Origin: an uncultured Bacillota bacterium
GTDB taxonomy: Bacteria; Bacillota; Clostridia; Oscillospirales; Oscillospiraceae
Assembly (NCBI GenBank): GCA_947650875.1
Contig: CANSXE010000002.1
Location: 1,232 to 65,231, forward strand
Length of the DNA: 64,000 bases
Direction of reading: 5' to 3'
Positions 9,828-20,831 of this stretch are shown here, one piece after another (positions within the stretch are counted from its first letter, which is position 1; every line of letters starts with the position of its first letter). Under the pieces are notes generated by a model. It was not told where the DNA came from and made no database searches. It saw only the letters and a program-made list of their open reading frames with translations. The position numbers and the translations under genes were made by a program.

Positions 9828-9870
9828 ACTGACCGCCTGTCAATTCCGGCAGGCGGTCAGTCTTCTTTTT
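9828..9870 (+). terminator. Intrinsic terminator, probably bidirectional
   Basis: ACTGACCGCCTG...CAGGCGGTCAGT hairpin plus T-rich tail. Confidence 0.75.
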
Positions 9871-10009
9871 CACGCTCAGCGATATATTTTAGCAGGATAG
9901 TTTCGACTAAATTAGAAAATTTGCGGTTTTCCTGTGCCGCATAATCTTTTAACTTATTGACCATACCTTCGTCTAAGCGAAAGCTGTAAACTTTTTTCTC
10001 AACTCCCAC
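9857..10009 (-). CDS. Ribbon-helix-helix (CopG/Arc-like) regulator, 50 aa
   Basis: GAGGTG RBS, GTG start; MGVEKKVYSFRLDEGMVNKLKDYAAQENRKFSNLVETILLKYIAEREKED shows beta-strand, helix, ENRxxS turn, helix pattern. Confidence 0.75.
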   Translation of the reverse strand: MGVEKKVYSFRLDEGMVNKLKDYAAQENRKFSNLVETILLKYIAEREKED

Positions 10010-10111
10010 TGTATCACCTCGACTTACATTTTATTTTTATTGTAATACATTGTCAAAGTTTATATTGTACTACTTAGTAAACTATGATATACTTTGAACG
10101 AGGTGATAAAT

Positions 10112-10240
10112 ATGGCAGATTATAAGGAAATGTACGAGACCATGGTACGGGCCAGCGAGAAAGCATTAAACATTATTATTGATGCTCAGCGGAAATGTGA
10201 GGAGATGTATCTTGCGGCGGAGGAAGAAGAGAATAATTAG
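10112..10240 (+). CDS. Small hypothetical protein (42 aa)
   Basis: GAGGTG RBS; MADYKEMYETMVRASEKALNIIIDAQRKCEEMYLAAEEEENN; hairpin follows. Confidence 0.7.
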   Translation: MADYKEMYETMVRASEKALNIIIDAQRKCEEMYLAAEEEENN

Positions 10241-10309
10241 CACAACCCCGGCTGTTCTGCAAGGAATGGCCGGGGACGATTTGTTTATAATAAATTCATA
10301 AAGTGGCTA

Positions 10310-10338
10310 TTGACAATTTCCGGGGGGAGTGGTACATT
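10310..10338 (+). promoter_or_regulatory. Sigma-A promoter of the hrcA-dnaK operon
   Basis: TTGACA-N17-TACATT. Confidence 0.8.
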
Positions 10339-10342
10339 ATCT

Positions 10343-10369
10343 TTAGCACTCGAGGAATATGAGTGCTAA
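10343..10369 (+). promoter_or_regulatory. CIRCE element (HrcA operator)
   Basis: Perfect TTAGCACTC-N9-GAGTGCTAA. Confidence 0.97.
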
Positions 10370-10398
10370 ACTGATAAAAACGAGAGGCGGTGAGTGCC

Positions 10399-11457
10399 GT
10401 GGCACTGTCGGACCGGAAAAAGCGCATCCTCCGCGCCATTGTGGAGACCTACATCGCCACCGCCGAGCCGGTGGGCTCCAAGGCCGTGGCCCAGCTGGCC
10501 GGGCTGGACGTGTCCACCGCCACCATCCGCAACGAGATGGCCGACCTCACCGATCAGGGCTACCTGGAGCAGCCCCACACCTCCGCCGGACGCATCCCCT
10601 CCGCCGCCGGCTACCGGCTCTACGTCAACGAGCTGATGGACCGCCAGCAGCTCACCCTTCAGGAGACCCAGCGCATCAACGACGCGCTCAACCTGAAAAT
10701 GGAGGAGCTGGACCGGGTTATCGACCGGGCGGGCAAGGTGCTGTCTCAAATCAGCGACTACCCCGTATTCACCATGGCCGCCGCCAAGGAGCGCATCACC
10801 GTCAAGCGGTTCGACCTGCTGATGGTGGAGGAAAATGCCTTCATCGCCGTGGTCATGACGGACAACAGCGTGGTGAAGAACAAGCTGGTCCACATCCCTG
10901 ACGGCCTGTCCGACCCTCAGCTGCAAATGCTGTCCGCCGTCCTCAACTCCTCCTTTGTGGGCCTGTCCCGGGAGGAGATGGAGGAAGCGCTGGACAAAAT
11001 GGAGACCCGCACCGCCCCCGGAGCCTTCGAGCTCATCGCCCTGGTGGTGGAGTTCGCCATGGAGGTGTTGGCCGGCCAGAGCGAGCAGAAGTTCCGCACC
11101 GCCGGTATCACCCACCTGCTGGAGCACCCGGAGTACCGCAGCCTGGACAAAGCGAAACCCCTGATGGCCTACCTCAGCGAGGAGAGCGACGTCCCCCGTC
11201 TGCCCGCCACTCTGGACAGTGGCAAGAATATGAACATCCTCATCGGGCCGGAGAACGTAAACGACGCGCTAAAGGACACCAGCGTGGTCATGGCCAGCTA
11301 CGACATCGGGGACAACATGCGGGGCGTGATCGGGGTGGTTGGCCCCACCCGCATGGACTACGCCAAGGTGACAGCCCGGCTGTCCTACTTTGCCGACAGT
11401 CTCACCCGGATGTTCGGCAAGGAGCTGCCCGCCCCGGAGGGGGACTCGGAGGAGTGA
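10399..11457 (+). CDS. hrcA: Heat-inducible transcription repressor HrcA
   Basis: EPVGSK, STATIRNEMADL, QPHTSAGRIPS, GPTRMDY motifs. Confidence 0.96.
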   Translation: MALSDRKKRILRAIVETYIATAEPVGSKAVAQLAGLDVSTATIRNEMADLTDQGYLEQPHTSAGRIPSAAGYRLYVNELMDRQQLTLQETQRINDALNLKMEELDRVIDRAGKVLSQISDYPVFTMAAAKERITVKRFDLLMVEENAFIAVVMTDNSVVKNKLVHIPDGLSDPQLQMLSAVLNSSFVGLSREEMEEALDKMETRTAPGAFELIALVVEFAMEVLAGQSEQKFRTAGITHLLEHPEYRSLDKAKPLMAYLSEESDVPRLPATLDSGKNMNILIGPENVNDALKDTSVVMASYDIGDNMRGVIGVVGPTRMDYAKVTARLSYFADSLTRMFGKELPAPEGDSEE

Positions 11458-11462
11458 AGTTT

Positions 11463-11524
11463 CGGACGCATCATGAAGCGTCCCTACAATGTCCCGCCTG
11501 TAGGGACGCATCATGATGCGTCCG
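11463..11524. repeat. GTAG-type REP pair
   Basis: CGGACGCATCATGAAGCGTCCCTAC...GTAGGGACGCATCATGATGCGTCCG; related to copies at 22400 and 34173. Confidence 0.75.
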
Positions 11525-11570
11525 CTGTCAATTCCATAACATTATTATGAGCCGTGAAGGAGCATGAATT

Positions 11571-12149
11571 GTGAGTAAGAAGAAAGAAAAGAAAGAGCTT
11601 CCTGTTCAGGAGACCCCTGAGGAAGTCCTGGAGGAGCAGACTGAGGAGCTGGAGACCCCGGAAACCGATACTCAGGCAGATACCCCCGGCGAGGGGCCGG
11701 AGACCGCCCCCGAGGAGACCGATTCCCCCGCTCAGGAGCAGCTGATCCCCAAGGAGCAGTTCCTCCGCCTGGCCGCCGAGTACGACAACTACCGCAAGCG
11801 CACCGCCAAGGAGAAGGAAAATCTCTGGACCGACGCCAAGGCGGACACCGTACAGGCCTTTCTCCCCGTCTACGACAATCTGGAGCGGGCCCTGAAGCAG
11901 GACACCGCCGACGAGGCCTATAAGAAGGGCGTGGAGATGATCATGAGCCAGCTGAAGGAGGTCTTTGCCAAGCTGGGCATCACCGAGATCGAGGCGCAGG
12001 GAAAACCCTTCGACCCTAACCTCCACAACGCCGTCATGCACATCGAGGACGAGAATCTGGAGGAGAACACCGTGGCCCAGGTCTTCCAGGCCGGCTTTAT
12101 GCTGGGGGAGAAGGTCATCCGGTTCGCCATGGTGCAGGTTGCAAATTGA
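11571..12149 (+). CDS. grpE: Nucleotide exchange factor GrpE
   Basis: LRLAAEYDNYRKR, FDPNLHNAV, VIRFAMVQV motifs. Confidence 0.95.
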   Translation: MSKKKEKKELPVQETPEEVLEEQTEELETPETDTQADTPGEGPETAPEETDSPAQEQLIPKEQFLRLAAEYDNYRKRTAKEKENLWTDAKADTVQAFLPVYDNLERALKQDTADEAYKKGVEMIMSQLKEVFAKLGITEIEAQGKPFDPNLHNAVMHIEDENLEENTVAQVFQAGFMLGEKVIRFAMVQVAN

Positions 12150-12171
12150 CAAAAGAGGAGGTCAGACCAAC

Positions 12172-12276
12172 ATGTGCAGGTCCTATAAAAACATCACCTA
12201 TACCCTGATGCTCAGCGCCGGGCTGCTGGTCTGGCTATCCGCTCTGTTTTCCGTGGGAGCGCTGCTCCTGCGTTAG
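12172..12276 (+). CDS. Putative small membrane peptide (34 aa)
   Basis: GAGGAGG RBS; [34 protein letters not shown]. Confidence 0.45.
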   Translation: MCRSYKNITYTLMLSAGLLVWLSALFSVGALLLR

Positions 12277-12280
12277 AGCT

Positions 12281-12349
12281 GTAGGGGCGGACATTGTCCG
12301 CCCGCGTCCCCCGAGATTTCCAGAGCGGGCGCACAATGTGCGCCCCTAC
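12281..12349. repeat. GTAG-type REP pair
   Basis: GTAGGGGCGGACATTGTCCGCCCG...CGGGCGCACAATGTGCGCCCCTAC. Confidence 0.78.
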
Positions 12350-12394
12350 AATCCGTTAACACCAATCTTTCATATATTTAGGAGGAAAAACATT

Positions 12395-14251
<1,857 letters not shown>

Positions 14252-14272
14252 AATTTTTCATCGAAAAAATAG

Positions 14273-14380
14273 CCCCCCTTGCTAAAGGGGGGAGGGCCGC
14301 AAAGCGGCGGGGGGATTTCGGAATCCCTCCACCACCGGGCTTTGCCCGGCGGTCCCCCTCCCTTTGACAAGGGAGGCTTT
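14273..14380. repeat. Multi-hairpin intergenic repeat element
   Basis: CCCCCTT..AAGGGGG and CCTCCCTT..AAGGGAGG hairpins in inverted arrangement; same architecture as 17800-17912. Confidence 0.6.
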
Positions 14381-14415
14381 TGGGCGAAAGCCTGAAATCC
14401 AGAGGTGATAACATA

Positions 14416-15564
14416 ATGGCGGAACAAAAACGAGATTATTACGAGGTCCTGGGCCTGTCCAAGGGGGCATCCGACGAGGAGCTGAAAAAGGCCTATCGCA
14501 AGCTGGCCAAGCAGTACCACCCCGACGTAAACCCCGGCGACAAGGACGCCGAGGCCAAGTTCAAGGAGATCAACGAGGCCTACGGCATCCTCTCCGACAA
14601 GGAGAAGAAAGCCCGGTACGACCAGTTCGGCTTTGCCGGGGTGGACCCCAGCTATGGCGGCGGGGGCGGCGGCTTCGGCTTCGACATGGGGGACATCGAC
14701 CTGGGCGACATCTTCGGCTCCTTCTTCGGCGGGGGCTTTGGAGGCGGCTTCGGCGGGGGGACCCGCCGGAACGGCCCCCAGAAGGGGGAGAGCCTGCGGG
14801 TCAACCTGGCCCTCACCTTCGAGGAGGCGGCCTTCGGCTGCACCAAGGAGATCGAGCTCAGCCGCACCGAGCCCTGTGAGGAGTGCAAGGGCTCCGGCTG
14901 CGCGGCGGGCACCACCGCCGAGACCTGTCCCGACTGCCGGGGGGCCGGCCAGGTGCGCATCCAGCGTGGAGCGGGTGGCTTCGCCTTCTCCACCACCACC
15001 ACCTGCTCCAAGTGCCGGGGCACCGGCAAGCTGATCCACACCCCCTGCAAAAAGTGCGGCGGGGTGGGCAGCGTGCGGAAGAAACAGCGTCTCTCCGTCA
15101 CCATCCCGGCGGGCATCGACGACGGCCAGGCCGTCTCCATGCGGGGCCAGGGCAACGCGGGGACCAACGGCGGCCCCGCCGGCGACCTGCTGGTGCGGGT
15201 GCAGGTGAAGCCCCACCCCCAGTTCCAGCGGGAGGGCACCACCGTGCTGTATGAGTGCCCGGTGAGCTTCTGCCAGGCGGCCCTGGGGGCCGAGCTGGAG
15301 ATTCCCACCATCGACGGCAAGGTGAAATACAGCCTGCCCGCCGGCACCCAGACGGGCACCACCTTCCGCCTGCGGGGCAAGGGCATTCCCGAGCTGCGCA
15401 GCAGCCGCCGGGGGGACCAGTATGTCACCGTGAAGGTGCAGGTACCCATCTCCCTCAACGCGGAGCAGAAGTCGGCCCTCCACGCCTTCGCCGCCGCCAT
15501 GGGCGAGGAGGTCCCCGAGGGGGGACTGAAGGGGCTGTTTGACAAGAAAAAACGGAAGAAATAA
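14416..15564 (+). CDS. dnaJ: Chaperone DnaJ
   Basis: J domain with HPD, G/F-rich region, four CxxCxGxG repeats. Confidence 0.97.
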   Translation: MAEQKRDYYEVLGLSKGASDEELKKAYRKLAKQYHPDVNPGDKDAEAKFKEINEAYGILSDKEKKARYDQFGFAGVDPSYGGGGGGFGFDMGDIDLGDIFGSFFGGGFGGGFGGGTRRNGPQKGESLRVNLALTFEEAAFGCTKEIELSRTEPCEECKGSGCAAGTTAETCPDCRGAGQVRIQRGAGGFAFSTTTTCSKCRGTGKLIHTPCKKCGGVGSVRKKQRLSVTIPAGIDDGQAVSMRGQGNAGTNGGPAGDLLVRVQVKPHPQFQREGTTVLYECPVSFCQAALGAELEIPTIDGKVKYSLPAGTQTGTTFRLRGKGIPELRSSRRGDQYVTVKVQVPISLNAEQKSALHAFAAAMGEEVPEGGLKGLFDKKKRKK

Positions 15565-15746
15565 AACCTGCTGCGCCCTCTGGAGGAAATCCGGAGGGCG
15601 CAATTTTGTGATATTCACCAAAAGGAGGGCGCTGTTTTTTTAAGAAGGCGGGCAAAATCCCTTGAACAGGGTGGGAGACTGTGCTATAATAAAGTTGTTT
15701 TTGAAAGGATGTACCCAAAAAATGAAAATTGAGGAGGTTGTTGAAC

Positions 15747-17123
15747 ATGAAAGCTTGGAAGCGACTGAGCGGGGCACTGATTACCCTGCTGGTACTGACG
15801 GTGATGCTGACCGGCACCGCCCTGGCGGCAGAGCCGGGGGATGTCTCCGTTCAGCTTAACGGCAAGGCCCTGGCCTTCACTGACGCGGCGCCGGAAATTA
15901 CCAATGGCCGCACCTTCCTGCCCTTCCGGGCGGTGCTGGAGGCCATCGGGGCCGAGGTGGGCTACGACGCCCAGACCAGCACCGTCTCCGCCAAGCGGGA
16001 CGGGGTGGACCTGTCCATGGTGCTGGGACAGAACACGGCAGCCGTTGTGGAAGACGGCCAGACCCGCACCGTGGAGATGGACGTGACCCCCTATGTGAAG
16101 AACGGCCGGACCTATGTACCTGTCCGCTTTGTGGCCGAGTCCTTCGGCTGCAGCGTGGGCTGGGACAGCAATACCAGCACCGTTATCATCGTAGATGTGG
16201 ACACCCTGCTGGGGGATGCCACCTTCGAGCTGATGGACAACTTCGCCGCCTACTGCGCCAGGCAGGAGAAGAACCAGAACATGGCCATGACCGGCGCCCT
16301 GGCCCTGGATATAAGGGATAAGAGCGGAGAGTTTCTGCCTGTGCCCGTCAGCGCCAAGGGCAGCATCGACGGCGTTACCGGCGACAAGGGCCTTCAGATG
16401 AACTGGAATTTGAAGCTGTCCGGCCTGTCTGAGCTGGCGGCGGCGGGTGGCGGCCTATCCCCGTTGGAACAGGTGCTTTTGGAGCAGATGCTGGCCACCC
16501 TGTCTGATCTGAAGGGCGAGGTGCGCATGGACGTGGAGTCCGGCATGCTCTACCTGACGATGCCCGCCGAGCTGACCGGAACGGCCAAAGACACCTGGTA
16601 CTCTGTGGACCTGAAAGCCTATCAGGCCCAGCTCCTCGGCGCGCTGGACATGACCCAGCTGACCCAGCTGAAAGAGGACGCCACCATCCGGGAGACCCTG
16701 ACCGCAGTGATTCAGGCCATGCCCCTGAACGACAGCGAATACAGCTACGCCGGCGTGGCCGGAGTGACAGAGATCTATGTGGACATGCTCAGCGACCAGG
16801 CCTTCACCCAGAAGGGGAACACCTATGTGGCCCAGATGCAGCTGGAGGACGTTGGGGATATGACCGTCACCCTCACCAAACGGGGAGACGACATCGTGTC
16901 CGCCGACATCAAGATGACCTGCGCGGTTGAGGAGGACGGCACGAAGATGACCATGACCATGACCGAGCACGCCGCCCCCGACAAGGTGACGGTGGACATG
17001 GATATGGCCATGGAGGACAGCTCTGCCAGCGTCAAGCTCACGCTGGATTTGAGCTGCGTTCCCACAACCAAGTCCCCTGTAACCACCCTGCCCGCCGGCG
17101 TTCAGGCGGTCCCCATGAATTGA
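15747..17123 (+). CDS. Secreted protein with copper-amine-oxidase N-terminal-like domain
   Basis: Signal peptide; NGRTFLPFRAVLE and NGRTYVPVRFVAE repeats. Confidence 0.8.
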   Translation: MKAWKRLSGALITLLVLTVMLTGTALAAEPGDVSVQLNGKALAFTDAAPEITNGRTFLPFRAVLEAIGAEVGYDAQTSTVSAKRDGVDLSMVLGQNTAAVVEDGQTRTVEMDVTPYVKNGRTYVPVRFVAESFGCSVGWDSNTSTVIIVDVDTLLGDATFELMDNFAAYCARQEKNQNMAMTGALALDIRDKSGEFLPVPVSAKGSIDGVTGDKGLQMNWNLKLSGLSELAAAGGGLSPLEQVLLEQMLATLSDLKGEVRMDVESGMLYLTMPAELTGTAKDTWYSVDLKAYQAQLLGALDMTQLTQLKEDATIRETLTAVIQAMPLNDSEYSYAGVAGVTEIYVDMLSDQAFTQKGNTYVAQMQLEDVGDMTVTLTKRGDDIVSADIKMTCAVEEDGTKMTMTMTEHAAPDKVTVDMDMAMEDSSASVKLTLDLSCVPTTKSPVTTLPAGVQAVPMN

Positions 17124-17154
17124 CAGAAACCGACAGACCAGCGCCCCGCCGGAT

Positions 17155-17781
17155 TCAGGTCCGGCGGGGCGCTGCTATCTCCTCCCAGGTGAGCACCCGG
17201 GTGCAGACCCGGTCCAGCAGGGCGGCGTCGTGGCTGACGATGAGCAGCCCCAGCCCACGCTCCTCCGCCTGCTTCAACAGGAAGCGCCAGAGCCTGGCCT
17301 GAGTAATCAGGTCCAGCATGGCGGAGGTCTCGTCACACAGCAGAAATTTCAGCTCCGGCCCCAGCACCCGGGCGGCGCAGATGCGCTGGAGCTCCCCGCC
17401 GGACAGCTCCGCGGGGTACCGCTCCAGCCACTCCTCCCGAACGCCCAGACCCTCCAGCACAGCGGGGTCCACCGGCCCGGCCTCATATAAGGAGACGCGC
17501 AGCTTGAGCAGGGGGTCCACCGCTTCCTCCGGGTGCTGCCACAGCAGCTGCACCGGACAGAACCCCCGGCGGGAGAGGGGCGCGCCGTCCAGCAGCACCT
17601 GCCCATCCTCCGGCTCCTCCCACCCTGCCAACAGCTTGCACAGGGTGGTCTTCCCCCGGCCGCTGGGGGCGGACAGGCCCAGCCGCTCCCCCGGGCGCAG
17701 GGTAATGCTCACCCCCTCCAGCACCGGCGCTGCCCCCCGTCGGGGGTAGCGGAAGGTGAGGTTTTTAGCTTCCAGTGTCAT
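17155..17781 (-). CDS. ABC transporter ATPase (NikE/OppF-like)
   Basis: APSGRGKTT, LSGGELQR, LLCDE motifs. Confidence 0.88.
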   Translation of the reverse strand: MTLEAKNLTFRYPRRGAAPVLEGVSITLRPGERLGLSAPSGRGKTTLCKLLAGWEEPEDGQVLLDGAPLSRRGFCPVQLLWQHPEEAVDPLLKLRVSLYEAGPVDPAVLEGLGVREEWLERYPAELSGGELQRICAARVLGPELKFLLCDETSAMLDLITQARLWRFLLKQAEERGLGLLIVSHDAALLDRVCTRVLTWEEIAAPRRT

Positions 17782-17799
17782 GGATACAGCCCCTTTCGT

Positions 17800-17912
17800 A
17801 GCCTCCCTCTTAGAGGGAGGTGGCACGGCAAAGCCGTGACGGAGGGAGTTTGTGGATAAATCACTCCCTCAGTCAGCCCTGCGGGCTGACAGCTCCCTCA
17901 GAGAGGGAGCCT
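17800..17912. repeat. Multi-hairpin intergenic repeat element
   Basis: GCCTCCCTCT..AGAGGGAGG ... GCTCCCTC..GAGGGAGCC; sits between two cotranscribed ATPase genes. Confidence 0.62.
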
Positions 17913-17913
17913 T

Positions 17914-18690
17914 TTATACCTCAAAATCGTTCTCCGGCATGGCCCGCCACAGGGCGTGGCTGTAGGGGTGGGTCAGTCCCTCGCCGGTCTGAAAGCAGCG
18001 GGCGGGGACTTCGTCCACCGTCTGCCCCTCCCGAAAGACCACAACCTTATGGGCCACGGTCCGGGCCAGCCCCAGGTTGTGGGTGATGAACAGCACCCCG
18101 GCCCCCTCCTCCGCCAGCTCCCGGAAGTGGCCCAGCACCCGCCCGGCGGCCCGGACATCCAGTCCGGGGGTGGGCTCGTCGGCCACAATGAGCCGGGGAC
18201 GGTCAACCACAGCGCAGGCGATGAGCACCCGCCGGGCCATCCCCCCGGACAGCTGAAAGGGGTAGAGTTCCTCCGCCCCGGGCCCCAGTCCGTAGCGCTC
18301 CAGGGCGGCCCGGCAGCGGTCCCGGACCGCACTGCCGCCCCGGCCCCGGCGGAGCTGGTCGCCCACCTTCATCATGGGGTCCAGCCAGGTGACGCCCTGG
18401 GGAATCAGGGCAATCTCCCTGCCCCGGAGGGCCACTGCCCGCTCCCGGGTGAGGGGTGCGCCGTCATAGTGGATGCTCCCCCCCACCCGGGCGTTTCGGG
18501 GCAGCAGGTGGAGGACGGCGTGGGCCAGCAGGCTCTTGCCCGAGCCGCTCTCCCCCACCACCGCCGTCACCCGGCCCGGCTCCACCGCCAGGGACAGCTC
18601 CCGGATGGGATTCAGCTCCACCCGGTTCAGCCCCCGGCCGTACCGGGTAAAGGTGACGGACAGGTGCTCCACAGATAAAATCGGTTCCAT
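17914..18690 (-). CDS. ABC transporter ATPase (NikD/OppD-like)
   Basis: GESGSGKS, LSGGMARR, ADEPT, HPYS motifs. Confidence 0.9.
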   Translation of the reverse strand: MEPILSVEHLSVTFTRYGRGLNRVELNPIRELSLAVEPGRVTAVVGESGSGKSLLAHAVLHLLPRNARVGGSIHYDGAPLTRERAVALRGREIALIPQGVTWLDPMMKVGDQLRRGRGGSAVRDRCRAALERYGLGPGAEELYPFQLSGGMARRVLIACAVVDRPRLIVADEPTPGLDVRAAGRVLGHFRELAEEGAGVLFITHNLGLARTVAHKVVVFREGQTVDEVPARCFQTGEGLTHPYSHALWRAMPENDFEV

Positions 18691-18699
18691 AGCTTCCTC

Positions 18700-19521
18700 C
18701 TACTCCTGGGCGCTGGCGGGGGCCAGCAGCAGACGCAGCCGCTCCCCCGCCACGGCGAACAGCATCACCACCAGCACCAGCGACAGCCCCGGAAACAGGG
18801 CCAGCCACCACCGTCCCGCGGCCAGATAGCCCATACTCTCCTCCAGAATAACCCCGATGGCGGGCCGCTCCGGGGACAGCCCGAAGCCCAGAAAGGTGAC
18901 CCCGGCCTCGTGGAGGATGGCGTGGGGAAACTGGAGGATAAGCCCCGTGAAAAGCTGGGGCAGCAGGTGGGGGAGCAGATGGGTGCGCAGCACCCGCCCC
19001 CGGGACACCCCCAGCCGCCGGACGGCCCGGAGGAACGTGGCCTGCTTCAGCTGGAGCACCTCCCCCCGGACCAGCCGGGCCAGGGAGGGCCAGTGGGTGA
19101 GGGCCACCCCCGCAATCACCCCCCAGACCCCCCGCCCGCAGGCCAGAGAGACCAGGATAATGAGCAGGATGTGAGGAATCCCCAGCACCAGGTCGATTAC
19201 CCAGGAGACGAGGGCGTCCACCCGGGGCCCGCAGGCGGCGGAGACGGTCCCCAGCAGCAGGGCGATCCCTCCGCTGAGCAGGGCGGTGAGCCCCCCCACC
19301 CGGATGCTCAGCGACAGCCCGGCCACGGTGCGGGCCAGCATATCCCGGCCCATCCAGTCGGTGCCGAAGGGGTGGGCAAGGCAGGGGGGGAGATTTTTCC
19401 GGGTAAAGTCGGCCGCACCGGCCGGTTCGGTCAGTAGCCCCCCGGCCAAAGCAATTGCAGACAGGAATATACCTGCAAAAATCAACAGAAACAGGGTGTC
19501 TGCCCGGCGATTTGTCCTCAT
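18700..19521 (-). CDS. ABC transporter permease (NikC/OppC-like)
   Basis: HPFGTDWMGRD, WWLALFPG motifs. Confidence 0.9.
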   Translation of the reverse strand: MRTNRRADTLFLLIFAGIFLSAIALAGGLLTEPAGAADFTRKNLPPCLAHPFGTDWMGRDMLARTVAGLSLSIRVGGLTALLSGGIALLLGTVSAACGPRVDALVSWVIDLVLGIPHILLIILVSLACGRGVWGVIAGVALTHWPSLARLVRGEVLQLKQATFLRAVRRLGVSRGRVLRTHLLPHLLPQLFTGLILQFPHAILHEAGVTFLGFGLSPERPAIGVILEESMGYLAAGRWWLALFPGLSLVLVVMLFAVAGERLRLLLAPASAQE

Positions 19522-20498
19522 CCTCTGGCCGCCCCCCTTCGGATGCGGGGGTCGATCACCCCATAGAGCAGGTCGGCGGCCAGATTGCCGCCGAAGACGA
19601 TGGCGGCGGTGATTACCGTGATGCCCAGCAGCAGGGGCATGTCGCCCCCCAGCCCGGCGGCCACCGCCGCCTGACCCAGTCCGGGGTAGGAGAAGACCTG
19701 CTCCACCAGCACCGAGCCGCCGATCAGCTCACCGATGGAGACAAATTGCAGGGTGATGGCAGGCAGGGCCACGTTGCGCAGCACATGGCGGCGGAGGATG
19801 TGCCCCTCCCCCCGGGCCCGGGCGAAGAGGATATAGTCGCTGTCCAGCACGTCGATTACCTTCTCCCGGGTGTGGAGGGCGATACCGGCCACGCCGGTTA
19901 TGGAGAGGGTCAGCCCGGGCAGGAGGGCGTGGCGTAGCCGCTCCGCCAGGGTGGCCTGCGCCCCCCCGATGGGGACGGAAAGGCCGATGGGCAGCACCTT
20001 CAGCCACACGGCAAAGACCATAAGCAGCAGCAGGGCCAGCCAGAAGGCCGGGGTGCTGGAGACGGTAAGACAGCCGCCCCGGACCAGCCGGTCAGGCCAC
20101 CGGCCCCGGCTGGCCCCGGCGGCCACGCCCAAAGCCAGCCCCAGCGCCCCGGACAAAATCCAGGCGCAGACCAGCAGCCACAGGGAGCCGGCCAGCCGCT
20201 GGCCGATCACCTCCAGCACCGGCCGGCGGTAGAGCAGCGACAGCCCAAAGTCCCCCCGGAGCACGCCGCCCAGCCAGCCCACATACCGCTCCGCCGCCGG
20301 GGTATCCACCCCCCAGTAGGTCTCCAGCCTGGCGATCTGCTCAGGGCTCATGGTCCCCAGAGCCGCCTGGCCGATATTGGTCTGGAGCGGGTCCAGGGGG
20401 GATGCGTCCATGAGCAGAAAGGCCGTCAGACTGACGCCCAGAAGGAGCAGCGCCATGCGAAACAGCTTTTTTATTGTGAATTTCAGTCGGTGTTTCAT
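19518..20498 (-). CDS. ABC transporter permease (NikB/OppB-like)
   Basis: GDFGLS, DYILFARARG, VEQVFSYPGLG motifs. Confidence 0.9.
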   Translation of the reverse strand: MKHRLKFTIKKLFRMALLLLGVSLTAFLLMDASPLDPLQTNIGQAALGTMSPEQIARLETYWGVDTPAAERYVGWLGGVLRGDFGLSLLYRRPVLEVIGQRLAGSLWLLVCAWILSGALGLALGVAAGASRGRWPDRLVRGGCLTVSSTPAFWLALLLLMVFAVWLKVLPIGLSVPIGGAQATLAERLRHALLPGLTLSITGVAGIALHTREKVIDVLDSDYILFARARGEGHILRRHVLRNVALPAITLQFVSIGELIGGSVLVEQVFSYPGLGQAAVAAGLGGDMPLLLGITVITAAIVFGGNLAADLLYGVIDPRIRRGAARG

Positions 20499-20630
20499 TG
20501 ATTTTTCCTCTAAATGGGATATTTCACAAGGTCCATTGTCTTATTTTGTGAATTTGGTACATTGTGTCCCTCTGTTGAAAGGGTTATAATATTTTAAAAG
20601 AGATAAGGGACAGGGAAGGAGGTGGAGACA

Positions 20631-20762
20631 ATGACAGCCAGAGAGCTGCTGAACCTCATTGATTGGCTCCGGGCGCAGGGCATGGGTGACGATAAGATAG
20701 TCGAGTGCCTTGAATCCGTGGAGGGGCGAAAAATCATTTTGCAGGACGTCAAACACGAATAA
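20631..20762 (+). CDS. Small hypothetical protein (43 aa), opposite strand inside the ABC operon
   Basis: TATAAT at 20585, AAGGAGG RBS, MTARELLNLIDWLRAQGMGDDKIVECLESVEGRKIILQDVKHE, terminator at 20771-20799. Confidence 0.65.
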   Translation: MTARELLNLIDWLRAQGMGDDKIVECLESVEGRKIILQDVKHE

Positions 20763-20831
20763 TCTACACAGAACCGGGGCGTACCCCGGTTTCTTTTTGC
20801 CCTGCGGACAGCTTGAACGCATCCGCAAGCC

